64,000 nucleotides of DNA from an uncultured Nitrososphaerales archaeon (GTDB lineage: Archaea; Thermoproteota; Nitrososphaeria; Nitrososphaerales; Nitrososphaeraceae): NCBI GenBank assembly GCA_963713605.1, contig CAVQMO010000010.1, positions 992,001-1,056,000 of the forward strand, read 5' to 3'. Positions within the stretch are counted from its first letter, which is position 1. Each line of letters opens with the position of its first letter. The translations under genes and the position numbers were made by a program. Below, piece after piece: positions 22,813 through 34,679 of this stretch. The notes below the pieces were generated by a model. It was not told the DNA's origin and did not search any database. It worked only from the letters and a program-made list of their open reading frames with translations.

Positions 22813-23819
22813 TTTTTAGCTCTCCCTTTAAAGGATCAAATGCTTAATTGTGAAGATGTGAATTTTCATAAGTCAAAACGTTGTTTATGGTCTTGCTATC
22901 AAGTCTATCAAATTATGGCAACACATAATCACAAAGAGTATTGTTCAAAGATATCCATTTGCCGTCGGTATCATCGTCACTATTCCTATCATTCCTTGAA
23001 TCTGCAAATAGATATTTTATAACATCTATTGACATTCTAACACCAATATTTCTCTGACGTCTTACATCATTTATGAATTTAAAGTACACTTCAATTTGCT
23101 CTTTATATTTCTCATAACTACCGCTAAATGATAGTCGCTTATCTCTTAGTTAGTAACTACTACGCTGATGAAAGCATAAGTAGCTTTAGAGATAATACAT
23201 ACTTACTTCTAAATAATCCCTCTAACACTTTAAGTGGTACTAGACGACCCTCAAAAAATACTGGCTGGCTAGGTAAGAGAACAATGAATAGATATCCACG
23301 AATATCATTATGTATCCACGAATAAAAAGATACGGTAGCATTGATTGCGCAACTGTATTCATCTTCGTCGCATGCTCATCTCTTTGAGCGTCATTTGCAA
23401 CATGATGAGGCCGCAACGCGAAATGAGCTGAAATCAGCGCCTTAGTCATGTCGTTAATGCAACCCTGGGTTGTAGCCATGGTGTCTAGGTATCATCATTA
23501 TTTCTCTGCAGTGTTGGATGCATTCCCTACTAGATAATATCTTCTTAACTTGTTTATGAAGAAAACATTTTAATTGGCTTGCGGTAGACGGGCTTAACGG
23601 TCTATGTTTTTTTACCAAACAGTTACTAGTTCAAGAGTAACAAAGTTTCATCCAATCATCAGCCTATCAATCTATCCAGCTCTATATACTTAAAACCATT
23701 ATTAAACAACAGCAATTGTAGGTAAGATAGCTTTAGAGCGACTCTGGCATGCTATACCATCCTTTCCTACTGTAAATGAAGTCTGGATAACTCTAGCAAA
23801 ACTTGAGTGAACCCATGAT

Positions 23820-23960
23820 TTATAACATATATACAACATCTGAAAAATAAGTTGGATAGGCGAATAACAAGGGGTCATTGAGTTCGTTTGAAGTTAGTCC
23901 TAATATAATAGCCATTGAGAATATGTTAATAATCTCATCGGCATGAGGCCCAAAATATGT
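23820..23960 (-). pseudogene. C-terminal dimerisation fragment of a pyridine nucleotide-disulfide oxidoreductase (glutathione reductase-like)
   Basis: GPHADEIINIFSMAI.LGLT...FAYPT..SDV.YML; the rest of the gene is absent. Confidence 0.7.
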
Positions 23961-24764
23961 ACAGTGCCGGTTTCCGTTATCTGGTATTTCATTTGAATTA
24001 GGTTCAGTATTAGGTTCAGGTATAGTGAAAACTTTGTGATCCAAGTGTATTTAAATCACCATATTTCATAGAACCCGTTTGAATAGGATCACTAAAGTTG
24101 TTGTCATTACCTCTGTCCTTGTTGATTATCTCCAGTGTGGCAGTTTTACCTCATTTCGGCACGGATTTATTGGCACAGACTCCTAAGCCAAGTATTAACG
24201 AAAAGGTTAGCCTCCCTTTGAACGTAGCCGATTCCATTTATAGCGCTAATATAACCAAGTTCTTAGGTTCAAAAAATATATCATTAACTCCTTACCGAAT
24301 GACAGAGGAACATTCCTCTGCCAAAACTGCAAGGACTAGAGATAGAACTGCTGAAGACTGAAACACCATAGTAGCTCAAATAGCCAGTTGCACCGCACAA
24401 GATAGATCTTATTCAGGAACAGATCGAGAAAGATGGAGAACCGTAGACAATGGGATGATTCGAACGGCTAGCAATGGGAAAATTAGTTCGACGAACTATC
24501 ACAATCTTATTTTGATGCGTTTAGAAGAGCCTTTTGAGGTATATGGAAGCTTGAAGCAATGTCGACCGATAAGTGGCCAGACTAGTTATTGTAGATATTT
24601 CAAAAAAGGTGGATTGCCATCTGTTTTGTCTTCATACGTCCCATTAATTCAAGTCACTTAATTCAAACCGATGTTTCAGGAACGGGTCATATCCCAGATG
24701 AACTTATAGAATAGTTGGGAGATGAATAATCTTATAATATATGAAGTGGAGAGGTGAATAACAG

Positions 24765-26113
24765 TTGAATGTTAAGGAAATATTCGTGTTATCTGTAAGT
24801 GCTATTAAGGATAGGAAGGTTCGATCTGCTCTGACAATATTGATGGTTCTGGTCGGAAGCAGTTTACTTGTTGCTGTAAGCGCGTTTGGAGTCGGTTTCT
24901 CCGACTTCTTCAATAAACAGTTCAGCAATCTAGCACCTAACATTCTATTCGTTTCGAGTGTACAACAAGAGACAGATAACACAGGTGTTGGTAGCGTTGC
25001 AGCTCCTCCTTCAGCAAAGATAACACTTAATGCGGCTGTGGAGTCAAGAATTCGATCTCTTCCTTATGTAGATCAGGTCCTTCCTTCCTACCAAAGTGAT
25101 GTGTCAATTCAATCTGGGAGTGAATCCAAATCATTCTCCCTACTTTCGATGGATCCTAGTCAGTCTGCGAGTCGTCGCCCCTACTCTTGAACTGACAGAA
25201 GGATCCACATTTCCCTCTTCAGTCTGATCCAACTGCAATTCTTGTAGCCGAAGACATAGCTTTTCCACCTGGTGAAGCAACTCCCTTTATTAACTTGGGA
25301 CAGAGCGTCAGGCTCACTTATTCATTCGTTGAACCTGAGACAGGGGAAACTAAAGAAGAGTCAAAAGCTTCGTTGTACGAGGTATAATTGAATCTACAGG
25401 TAATCCTACTGTTGATAATGCTGTTGTTATAGGCTTACAATCGGGTAATACATTGCTTGAACGAGCTGGAAAATATGATTCGCTTTTCGTGGCTGCTGAT
25501 TCAACTGATAGTGTTGATTTGGTCGAGGAAGAAATACGAGCTATTTATGGTAACGACATTGGGATAACTACAGTTCAGGCAATACTTGAAACCGTTGAAG
25601 AGTTTACTGGAGGAATCAATTCATTCCTCTCCAGTATTGCTATCGTCTCACTCGTGGTAGGAGTTGTAGGCATAATCACTACTCTATATACATCAGTAGT
25701 AGAGAGAATAAGGGAAATTGGAACGTTGAAAGCAATTGGTGCAAAGAACATCACAATCCTTGGCCTTTTTCTAATGGAAGCTGTGTTGATAGGTATTATC
25801 GGAGCAACCCTGGGTTTGGGTGCTGGGATTGGAATGGGCTACATGCTTGTAAGTTCAAGCCCGGGGGGTGGGGAAGGTAGTGGAAATGAGAATGATACTG
25901 ATAGCACAGCAGTTACAGATGGCAATGAGCCGCAAACTATATACTCAAGAAACCCAGGAAACTCAACAAACTGAAACTTTTACTCCAGTATTCCTTGCAG
26001 AGGATATGTTTAGAGTTTGGATTATTTCAGTGGGATTAAGCATGATTGCCGGGTTCTATCCTGCGTGGAAAGCGTCGCGTTATCTCCCTGTTGACGCTTT
26101 ACGATCTCTATAG
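24765..26113 (+). CDS. ABC transporter permease, MacB/FtsX family; several frameshifts
   Basis: RKVRSALTIL N-terminus, SVVERIREIGTLKAIGA, YPAWKASRYLPVDALR. Confidence 0.85.
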
Positions 26114-26535
26114 ATGATAATTGAATTTGATTTGTTCATTGAATAGTGGTAGTCAGCACTGAAAGGGATGGCAGCACACAAATTATTGGGGAATCTAAAA
26201 TAGACATATGGATAACGAATCCATCTCTTCAGTATCTTCAACAGCGTCGGTAGGAGTGTTAGAAAATTATCCCTCTTTTCTTTCCTTAGATTTCTAAATT
26301 AGGCTCAAGACGCTAAAGGTTGTGCATTGATATCATAACATAGGTAAAATACGTTGAGGCAAATAATACTTACCGAGTTGAATCTTGACATAAAGAACTT
26401 GATGTCAGTTTCGATTGGTATGCTTATGGGCTTATTACTCCAACCATGCATTGTTACAAGAATAATAATACCAGATAAATTCATTATCAAGAGATTATGA
26501 TAGTCTATCGTTCCTAATTATTAGGATCCCGCTAC

Positions 26536-26636
26536 AGAATCAATATTACTTTGGACCCTTGGGTCCATTTTAAAGTGGGTTCAAAAGACTTAGTATCTTC
26601 AAAGAAGATCAACCAACAGTAGCACAAACTATAATA
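26536..26636 (+). repeat. att-like dispersed repeat, copy 1 (left arm A, core, right arm X)
   Basis: AGAATCAATATTACTTTGGA-CCCTTGGGTCCA-TTTTAAAGTGGGTTCAAAAGA...; left part shared with 52402, right part with 28032. Confidence 0.8.
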
Positions 26637-26651
26637 TGAAGCTCAATCTAT

Positions 26652-26890
26652 TCAATAAGAATATTTAAAGTTTATGATAATTAATCGTCTGAAGAATGCA
26701 TCTGTCATATCGTCGGATTCTGGTATCTTGTTACACGATAGGATCAACTTCGCACAATTTCTGAACTTGAACGATGTCTTATACTTGATTTCCGCAGGGT
26801 ATTGATCGTTGCCAGTTAATTTCTTCAATTTTCCAGTATTTCCCTGCATTAATCCTATTAACCTTTTTGATGATGCAAATATTTACGTTC
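26652..26890 (-). pseudogene. P4/D5-family primase-helicase (SF3) fragment
   Basis: KLKKLTGND..AEIKYK..F...AKLILSCNKIP..DD.TDAFFRRLIIINF. Confidence 0.8.
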
Positions 26891-27079
26891 TTGGCAACAA
26901 TACACATAGGAGTCGATAATGATATGCTTTACACCGAATTCGTCAGCTGGTGATTTCTGCAATTCTATAAGTTGCTTTTCGGTAGCAGAACCGATCTTTG
27001 TTGGCGAGATTTATATCGTAACAAAACCAATTTTGAAGAAGCTTTTTAAAGAATAAATTATTAGAGGAGGTGAAATAAT

Positions 27080-27673
27080 ATGAGAAAAATAATCGTCTTA
27101 TCAATGATTACATTAGATGGAGTAATGCAAGCACCTGGTGCACCTGAGGAAGATACATCAGGCGGTTTCAAATATGGCGGTTGGGTTGCACCTTATTTTG
27201 ACGAAGTTTATGGTAACGTCATGAAAAAACAGATGAAACCTGCAGATCTTCTTTTGGGCAGAAAAACATTTGAGATTTTTGCCCACTACTGGCCAGAGCA
27301 TGAAAATGGATGGCCAGGTATCAATGATGTCACAAAATATGTCATGTCCAAGACCATGAAAAAATCAGATTGGAAATACTCAGTTTTCTTCAAAAGCTTG
27401 GCAGATATCGAAAAGCTCAAAAATTCAAAAGGTTCTGACATTCAAGTTCACGGCAGTGGTGAGCTCATTCAACTGCTACTTAAGAATGATTTAGTGGACG
27501 AACTCTGGCTCAAAATTTACCCGTTGACTCTTGGTAGAGGAAAAAAGTTGTTTGACAATAGCACGATTCCGGCAGCATTTACATTAATAGAGAGTTCTGT
27601 TACACCAAGTGGAGTTATTATTGCCAATTACAAGCGAGCTGGAAAAGTCAAGACAGGTATTGTTGGATCTTAA
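27080..27673 (+). CDS. Dihydrofolate reductase-like (RibD C-terminal) family protein
   Basis: ITLDGVMQAPG.PEED..GGF.YGGW, LLLGRKTF, VHGSGELIQ, LVDEL; SD GGAGGTGA upstream. Confidence 0.9.
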   Translation: MRKIIVLSMITLDGVMQAPGAPEEDTSGGFKYGGWVAPYFDEVYGNVMKKQMKPADLLLGRKTFEIFAHYWPEHENGWPGINDVTKYVMSKTMKKSDWKYSVFFKSLADIEKLKNSKGSDIQVHGSGELIQLLLKNDLVDELWLKIYPLTLGRGKKLFDNSTIPAAFTLIESSVTPSGVIIANYKRAGKVKTGIVGS

Positions 27674-27996
27674 GGAGAAATAAAATGAGAAAAAATAATT
27701 GTTTCATCAGGGGGATGGAGGTCTCCCACTCTTCCCCTCACTCCAACCATTCAGCCAACCATTATAAGACTCCAACCATTATATGATGTCGTCACCTTGT
27801 CTAGGTTATTTCACCTTCTCAATTGCAGAACATAAATGGTTGAATCACAACCTTGGTCAAATATAATGACTTATGCCGAGTTCCAATCATTCGCATTTCA
27901 ATGGCAAATTTCGTATGTATGTCCTTGCGTGACTCTTCTTCAGACGACTGGCGTATAATACAAACACGGATGTCCTTTATGAGGATACTTATGATT

Positions 27997-28118
27997 TGAG
28001 CCCAAACTTTAAGAGAAAAATGGTTCACACACCCTTGGGCCCACTTTAAAGTGGGTTCAAAAAGATAACATAGCATTAACTTTACAGAAAGTCAGCCAAC
28101 AATAGCATTAACTATATT
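27997..28118 (+). repeat. att-like dispersed repeat, copy 2 (left arm B, core, right arm X)
   Basis: TGAGCCCA..AAAATGGTTCACACA-CCCTTGGGCCCA-CTTTAAAGTGGGTTCAAAAGA; contains the palindrome CCCACTTTAAAGTGGG. Confidence 0.8.
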
Positions 28119-28311
28119 ACGATCCAGTAATGCAAGACTGTGGCATTAGTCAATCAGGATTACAACAGGAAGAATCGTGACGTTTTGGATGCTTCAATAA
28201 CAATCATTGCAGTATTTTTGTTTGCTATGTCAGTGAATCTACTTTAGATCATCACACAGCTGTTACCGATGTGTACGCTCAACCCTAAGTAGAGACAGTG
28301 AAGTATAGAAA

Positions 28312-28347
28312 TCTCGTAGAATTTCTAAAACACTTTAAAGTCTTGCC
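28312..28347 (-). promoter_or_regulatory. Orphan near-copy of the ferritin promoter region
   Basis: 32/36 identical to 37861..37896, including TTTAAA (TATA-like). Confidence 0.55.
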
Positions 28348-28582
28348 AAACCTCCTTGCGCCTCAAAAGGGAGTCAGACATGCTCCTGGCTGATCCAAAA
28401 GTCATGAACGCTGCTGTGTAACATCTGTGAGCAATATGAGACAAGGTTAAAGAATTCTTCAGTCCAATATTCATGTCAAATGGTTCACACCACTCGCAGG
28501 GGAAAAGGAAGGTAATAGTATAATAGGCGCTACCAAACGGAGGACAATCTTGGAGAATATAATTATTCACGTATTTGCTATT

Positions 28583-28986
28583 CTATGTTTTAGAAAATAG
28601 AGGTGAAAAATCTGCGTATAACCTTACCGAAGTTAGTAACCCTTCCTCATTTCTATCTAAATATCCTACTGCATTTACAGTGATTTCATTTCCATCATGT
28701 AAGGTGAAATGGTTTAGTATCTCCGGTGAAAAAGATGAATCAATACCATAGATATTTAATAATTCATGGCCATTCCCGTTAAACGATTTCCAAAGTGAAG
28801 TAAGATGTTTATAATTTGATCTTTTCCATTCACTGGTGGATTATTATTTATTTGCAATGTACAATCATCAAATAAATAGCTTGTATAAGATTTAACAATG
28901 GTATTCAAGTATCCTAGATACCACTGAAAGGCTTGTTCCGAAAGTTGATTTATTCTGAGTTTATCGCTTCTTGTTCTTGTCTCCAT
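28583..28986 (-). pseudogene. SnoaL/NTF2-like protein, frameshifted
   Basis: DDCTLQINNNPPVNGKDQI, then HELLNIYG...EITVNAVGYLDRNEEGLLTSVRLYADFSPLF in another frame. Confidence 0.65.
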
Positions 28987-29406
28987 CTAGAAATCAAAAT
29001 TTAATGAAATACTATGATATTTAACTTTTGATTTGTTGTATAATAAACAGATAAGACTTGTGACTTCACTATTCAGTCTTCGCCCTTAAATTGTTTTGTC
29101 ATTTCTAACTTTGGTGCCGTGATCCTATCAATGCCATAATTTTAAGTGAAGTAGGTTCTGTTACTATGGTATAGAACCTTGCTGTTGCTGCGAGGTTGTT
29201 CCTGCTGTTGTTGCCCTTCTGGTTTCATGTTAGCAGATTATTAGTTAGTAGCTAGCATAATGAGCGTTGGCAAAAAAAGGTTTCCCTTAGTCGTCACTTA
29301 CTATAAAACTTACCAAGATTCGGTTCTTACGCCGCCCTAACCTCCATTTGGATTTATTCAAACTTAAAAGAGGCGCGATACATGGATCATTGGAGGACCT
29401 GAAAAT

Positions 29407-29853
29407 ATGACGTCTCCTTTCGTCTATGGGCCTAAACACTTGACCTTTGTGGTAATCCCATTCCTAGCTGTAATGTTAATTTACGATTCGACTCTTGATT
29501 TTGTATTTGAATCCTCAACAGCTTTTCATTTCTCTCTTAAGAAAAGGAGTACTAATAAGGACGTTAGTCAGCCCCATCGTGACAAGTACGAAATCTCTAA
29601 AGATATTCTTCTAATGGTTTCGAATGCTAAGTCAGCGAGTCGTCATAGTACTAAAACAAGCATTGGAAGTGATACCGGCATGTCACACGGACTGACGTAA
29701 CTTGTACGTTAGATTATTGGTCGACCAAGATTTATTGCGGGTATCGCAAGATTCCGGACCCTATCGACATTACGAAATCACAGAAAAAGGTCTCCACTTC
29801 TTGCAGATATTCGCTGAAGTGGAGGACGATTTAAGGCATTCCGACCATCAATA
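29407..29853 (+). CDS. Winged-HTH protein (archaeal HTH_45-like); frameshift near 29698; start uncertain
   Basis: HRDKYEISKDIL...TKTSI, continued by LLVDQDLL...YEITEKGLHFLQIF. Confidence 0.6.
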
Positions 29854-30210
29854 GATGAATATGTTTAATTACAATCATCTAAAAACTCTATCAAAGTAAT
29901 AAACCGGGTCAACAGATAACCATAAAAAAATTATTAGATTTATTTCCAGGTTGTTGATACCTCAGAGATCTTGTTACTGATTTGGTTCGCCCTCTTCCAT
30001 TCTTAAACTGTCCATTTGAGATACCAAAATGGAGATCTATCTTTTTCCAATTCTTGAGGAAGATGAGTCGCTAGCAGGAATTTGGACCTCAAAACGGAAC
30101 CATAGGTGACTAAATGATTCTACGAAGTTATAGACAGGGACAAGGACACCAATAATCAACAGCACTGGGTCTAACAACATACTTATTAGTAACGGTGGCT
30201 GACATTCTTC

Positions 30211-31129
30211 ATGACGACAAATATAGTGCGGTATTCTTTAGTAGCCTCCGCTTCTATCCTCTTTTATACTCTTTTCTCGGACCTTGCATACTCGCAGGCT
30301 TCAGACTATGAGCTGCAAGAAATCAAGCCCGGCGTATATGTGGTATCTGCAGGCGGATCCAACTCTATGTTTTTGGTGACTCAGGAGGGAGTTGTTGTGG
30401 TCGACGCGCCGCCAGCGATAGGTGACAAGATATTTAGCAGTGTCGAATGTCACAGATAGGCCTATCACTCACCTGATATACAGTCACGCCCACAAAGACC
30501 ACATAGGTGCTGCCAACCTATTTGAAAACGTCACAATAATCGCTCATAACGAAACCGCCAAAATTCTGAATGAAAGAAACGACACGAATAGACCGGTGCC
30601 GGACATGAATTTCTCTAAGGAGATGAACTTACCAATAGGCGACCAAGTTATCCAGCTCCTCTACCCTGGCCCATACCACCAACAGGGTAATATCTTTGTA
30701 TATCTCCCTGAACACAAAGTTCTGATGGCAGTAGACAATGTTGTGCCCGGCGGCCTCCTATGGAAACACCTTGGCGTTACTCCCGACGTGCCCGCATTAA
30801 TCAAATCGATTGACCAGGCTCTGGCTTTGGACTTTGACGTTTTTGTGGGGGGACACGGCCAGCCTGGTACAAAGCAAGATATCTTAGTACAGCAAGAGTA
30901 CGTAAACGACCTGCGCGAAAACGCCATGGCAGCCCTAAATGAAGTCAATCGCACAGAGGTCATTCAAGGCATAAATGGTAGCAACGCGATAACCGAGGCA
31001 TACTTTAACGCCCTTACAAAATCGTGCGCCGATAAGATAGATGCAGAATGGCAAGGTAAGCTGGAAGGCGTAGGTGTGTGGACAGATGAGCACTGTGAAA
31101 GGATGATAATTAGCGAACGAGTTGATTAA
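30211..31129 (+). CDS. Secreted MBL-fold metallo-hydrolase; frameshift near 30430
   Basis: Signal peptide, VVVDAP, YSHAHKDHIG (HxHxDH), VGGHG. Confidence 0.85.
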
Positions 31130-31635
31130 CTTCCTCTTCTTTTCAGCTCCTCCATTGGCTACATTTCGCAATTTACCAAATGTTAGAGTCCTACTAGCTA
31201 CCATAAAATTCATCACCTGAAACCACTTGAGGACGCTTAACCGTGCTAGGTGTATGGATGATCCTAATCCGCCTTACAAAGGAGCGGAAAAGGGAGTGCG
31301 AAGATTCATGAAGATAACGACTTTAATGTTCCTATCGCGGAGAAGATAATGGTCGGGTAATTAGGAAACATAGAGCATCCAATAGCGCAAGAGCTATTAG
31401 ATATGCAGAAGAAATGACAGTCAGTTGTTCTAGAAATTAATCCAAAGTGTTACTCAACTTGGGATTACAGTACCACATAGGCATTCTTGATCGTTTCATT
31501 TTGGTGTTTTAGTTAACACGGGCGGTAAGCGGTAGCTACTGGATGCATTATTTCAACGTACCGGGCGAACTTCGGGATTCAAAGTACCCGGTGGCGCTTG
31601 ATAGTTTCCAGATCATTCGTTTTGCTTGATGACTG

Positions 31636-32395
31636 CTATCGAGAATCTCGTATGTACTGGTCGTGCCGCCGAAACCACAGCCCCGTTTCATTCCGCCCGT
31701 TCGGTGCACGGTCGAGCCACTGGTACATTCCCCAGAGCGCGTCGAGGCCGCGCGCGTAAGTGGAGTAGGTATGGTAGACGACGCCGTCGGAGAGTGCGAA
31801 CGCGCTCATTCCCGGCGCCTCGCGGGTGTAGGTGGGGACGTCGGTGCCGGTCATGGTCGCGAAATCGCCTACGCCAGCCGAGTCGGGTGTCGTGCCGAGC
31901 GTGCTGTAGTTGTAGTCGATGCTGCCGGAGCGCTGCCTGCTCCTCAGTGAACGAGGTGTTGAAGTCGTAATTGAAATCGCTATTCAGCGACGAGGCCCAT
32001 GTGAACGTCCAGCCCATGCGACGCTTGTAGCCCTGGAGCGCAGCGATTGGGGCGCGTGAGACCGCGATCATCGCGACGTCGTGGTGCTCAAGGTGCACGG
32101 CAAAGCCGTTAAAGCCGTCCGCATTCGCAGAGCATGCCGGGCAGCCGCCTGTGTTATCGGGACCAAACATGAAGTGATAGATGAGGAGCTGTGAGCGTCC
32201 TCTGAACAGATCGGCAAGAGACGCCATGCCATCATCGGTCTCGAAACGGTACTCCTTGTCAATTCGAACCCACGGCAGCCTCTGCCGCCACTGCGCCAGT
32301 TCGTCGCTACGCCGCGTCAGCGCCTTCTCGGCCTTGAGCAGCTCCAGCCGGGCCGCAAGCCACTCTTCACGTGTTCCGATCTTGTGGTCAGTCAT
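31636..32395 (-). CDS. DUF899 family (thioredoxin-like) protein, high GC; frameshift near 31930
   Basis: REEWLAARLELLKAEK, LFRGRSQLLIYHFMFGP, CPACS, YHTYSTYARG, LDRAP.GRNE. Confidence 0.9.
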
Positions 32396-32467
32396 TGTTT
32401 TTTGTTGTCACTTCTAGTATTTTATCATTATCTTAATATCGTCTACAGATAAGTTATTCCTATGATC

Positions 32468-33135
32468 ATGAAGGAAATTAGAAATATAACTCCTACAGAA
32501 TTTGAAGACTCCGTAACATATATGTTTCAACTTTTCCTTTAGAAAATGCTAAGCATTTAGACATATACATCAATCATATCTACGACATGCTCAGAAACGA
32601 TAGCAGATATCATCTATATGCTCCCGTAGAAGATAGCTCTATGATGGGTATCTCTTTGTTATATATTTTTGAATATTTAAAAATGGCGTTACTTGATTAT
32701 ATGGCAGTTGTCCCAAATTTTCAGCGGCGTGGTATAGGTAAAAAGCTATTTGAATTCACAAATAACGAACTTAATCGCTTTATTTCAAATAATATAGGAA
32801 TGTTGTTAGAAGTACCGAAAGTAAATGTATCTAATCCTGATGAATGGCTAAGAAGGAAGAGAAGAATCCAATTTTATTCCAGGTTAGGAGTAAAAGTATT
32901 GAAAGGCGTTAACTATTTACTTCCAATACAAACAGATGGAGATGTAGAAGAGATGTATCTGATGATCAAACTTTCAAAGAATATAGCTTGGTTATCAAAA
33001 AAGAGTATAGCTGATTTCATTAATTCTGTATATACAGATCTTTATGACTATAGAAAGCCTGATTTGCTTAGCAAAACCATCGCTAACTTGCCTGATGTCA
33101 TTGACATTGAGGAACTGAAAGTGCAGGATTCATGA
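32468..33135 (+). CDS. GNAT family N-acetyltransferase; 5' part frameshifted
   Basis: LLDYMAVVPNFQRRGIGKKL (motif A), RRIQFYSRLG. Confidence 0.8.
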
Positions 33136-33809
33136 AAGGAACACTACATAGAATACTGTTCTTGAGAGGTCCAATAGCCTAGTACTGTCATATACTATTG
33201 TTCAATATTTTTAAACATCATATTTAGTACTATAACATCTGAATCTCTATGTTACTAAGGATATATCATTGCATATTCGATATTGCATTCTTTTTTTAAA
33301 AGCTAACTGGAATTCATGTCGTAGTTTCAGAAAAAATAGAAAGACAATGCTAGCATTTTGTTTACTCTGAGTAACGTGGAATCTAGTTCGAATTTATGAG
33401 GACTTCTAGTTTGCTGTTCTTGTTGCATCAGCTGCGCGATGCAAGACTTATTCCACCCACGATCAATGCCATTATTATTGCATATTTTTCTCATATAATA
33501 GTTAGACCAGAGATGCTCCATATCCGCCTCTGATCAACGTTGATGACGTATTGCAAGCTAGCGTAAATATATCTTTATAGAAGATACTTCTAATATATAC
33601 TATGTGAGATTGTGAGGCAGTAATTATGAATAACAATTCCCAGCTTTGGTCTGGCACTAAGATTTATGGCCCAATATTGACATTTTTCAACGTATATGGA
33701 AATAGTTTATCTATATAGAAAGATCAAATGATCTGGAAAAAGATATTAAACTAGTCTATTAATTTTGTTCAGCCTGAATACATAAAAGGCGCATAATTGA
33801 AATGCAGTT

Positions 33810-34193
33810 ATGGGTTCTACTCTCTGCGTTAGATGCGGCGCAATTCTTATCCCCCATTCGCTTTGTAATATATGTCACGATATATTATATTTTACATGCT
33901 CATCATGTTCCATGAACACTGATGAAAGAATTCATGTTTATTGCCGGGATGGTGATACCATTAATAATAATGATAAAGATATAAATCTAAAAATTACATA
34001 CAAATTGATTGAAAAACCAAAATCGTCTCAGTTAAACCAAAAACAAAAACAACAACTTACTGATGAATTAAAATCTAGTTCAATTGATTTATCTGCATCG
34101 TATTGGAATAATATATTTGACTATTTTAAAATGGTTAATCGTTATTGGACCGCAATATTCTATATTGGTATCAATAAATCTTCTATAATATAG
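33810..34193 (+). CDS. Cys-rich zinc-binding hypothetical protein
   Basis: CVRC, CNIC, CSSC, HVYC. Confidence 0.6.
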   Translation: MGSTLCVRCGAILIPHSLCNICHDILYFTCSSCSMNTDERIHVYCRDGDTINNNDKDINLKITYKLIEKPKSSQLNQKQKQQLTDELKSSSIDLSASYWNNIFDYFKMVNRYWTAIFYIGINKSSII

Positions 34194-34679
34194 CGAAGCG
34201 GATTCTATATGCAGATACTATGGAATGATCTTCACGTCTGTTGATGCCAAAACATTAAGTCCAATCTAAAAAAGTCGAATATGTCGTCATGACTAGTTGC
34301 TTCCTTATCCAGAATACAATTGCCATTCTCGACCACTGACCGTAATGCAGTGATTAACTAAGATATTCTGCAATTGATATGGGATGGAATACCCATCCAG
34401 AGTGGTAGCTGAAGTATCAAAGTCGGATACGCAAGTTGGGATTGCAACTGTCAAAATAATACATATGATGACCAATCCTACTACCGTTGTGGCTATTAAG
34501 CATCCATTCTGAGATGCAAACCCCAGAGACATATCCTGACTTCGGAAGCCATCCGCATTCTTTTTGTACCAACTAACCTGCGTAACTCTTATATGATACT
34601 TCATTGATTAATTTTTCAAAACTGGGCTAGCAATTTGCATATCACACTTAAATGCAAATGATAATTGTATGGATAACTT

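Noticed and set aside
31290..31430. Cobalamin riboswitch or group I/II intron
   Set aside because: AAAAGGGA and GACT/AGTC hints only; no B12 box, P4/P6 core or domain V; kept as an unclassified structured RNA
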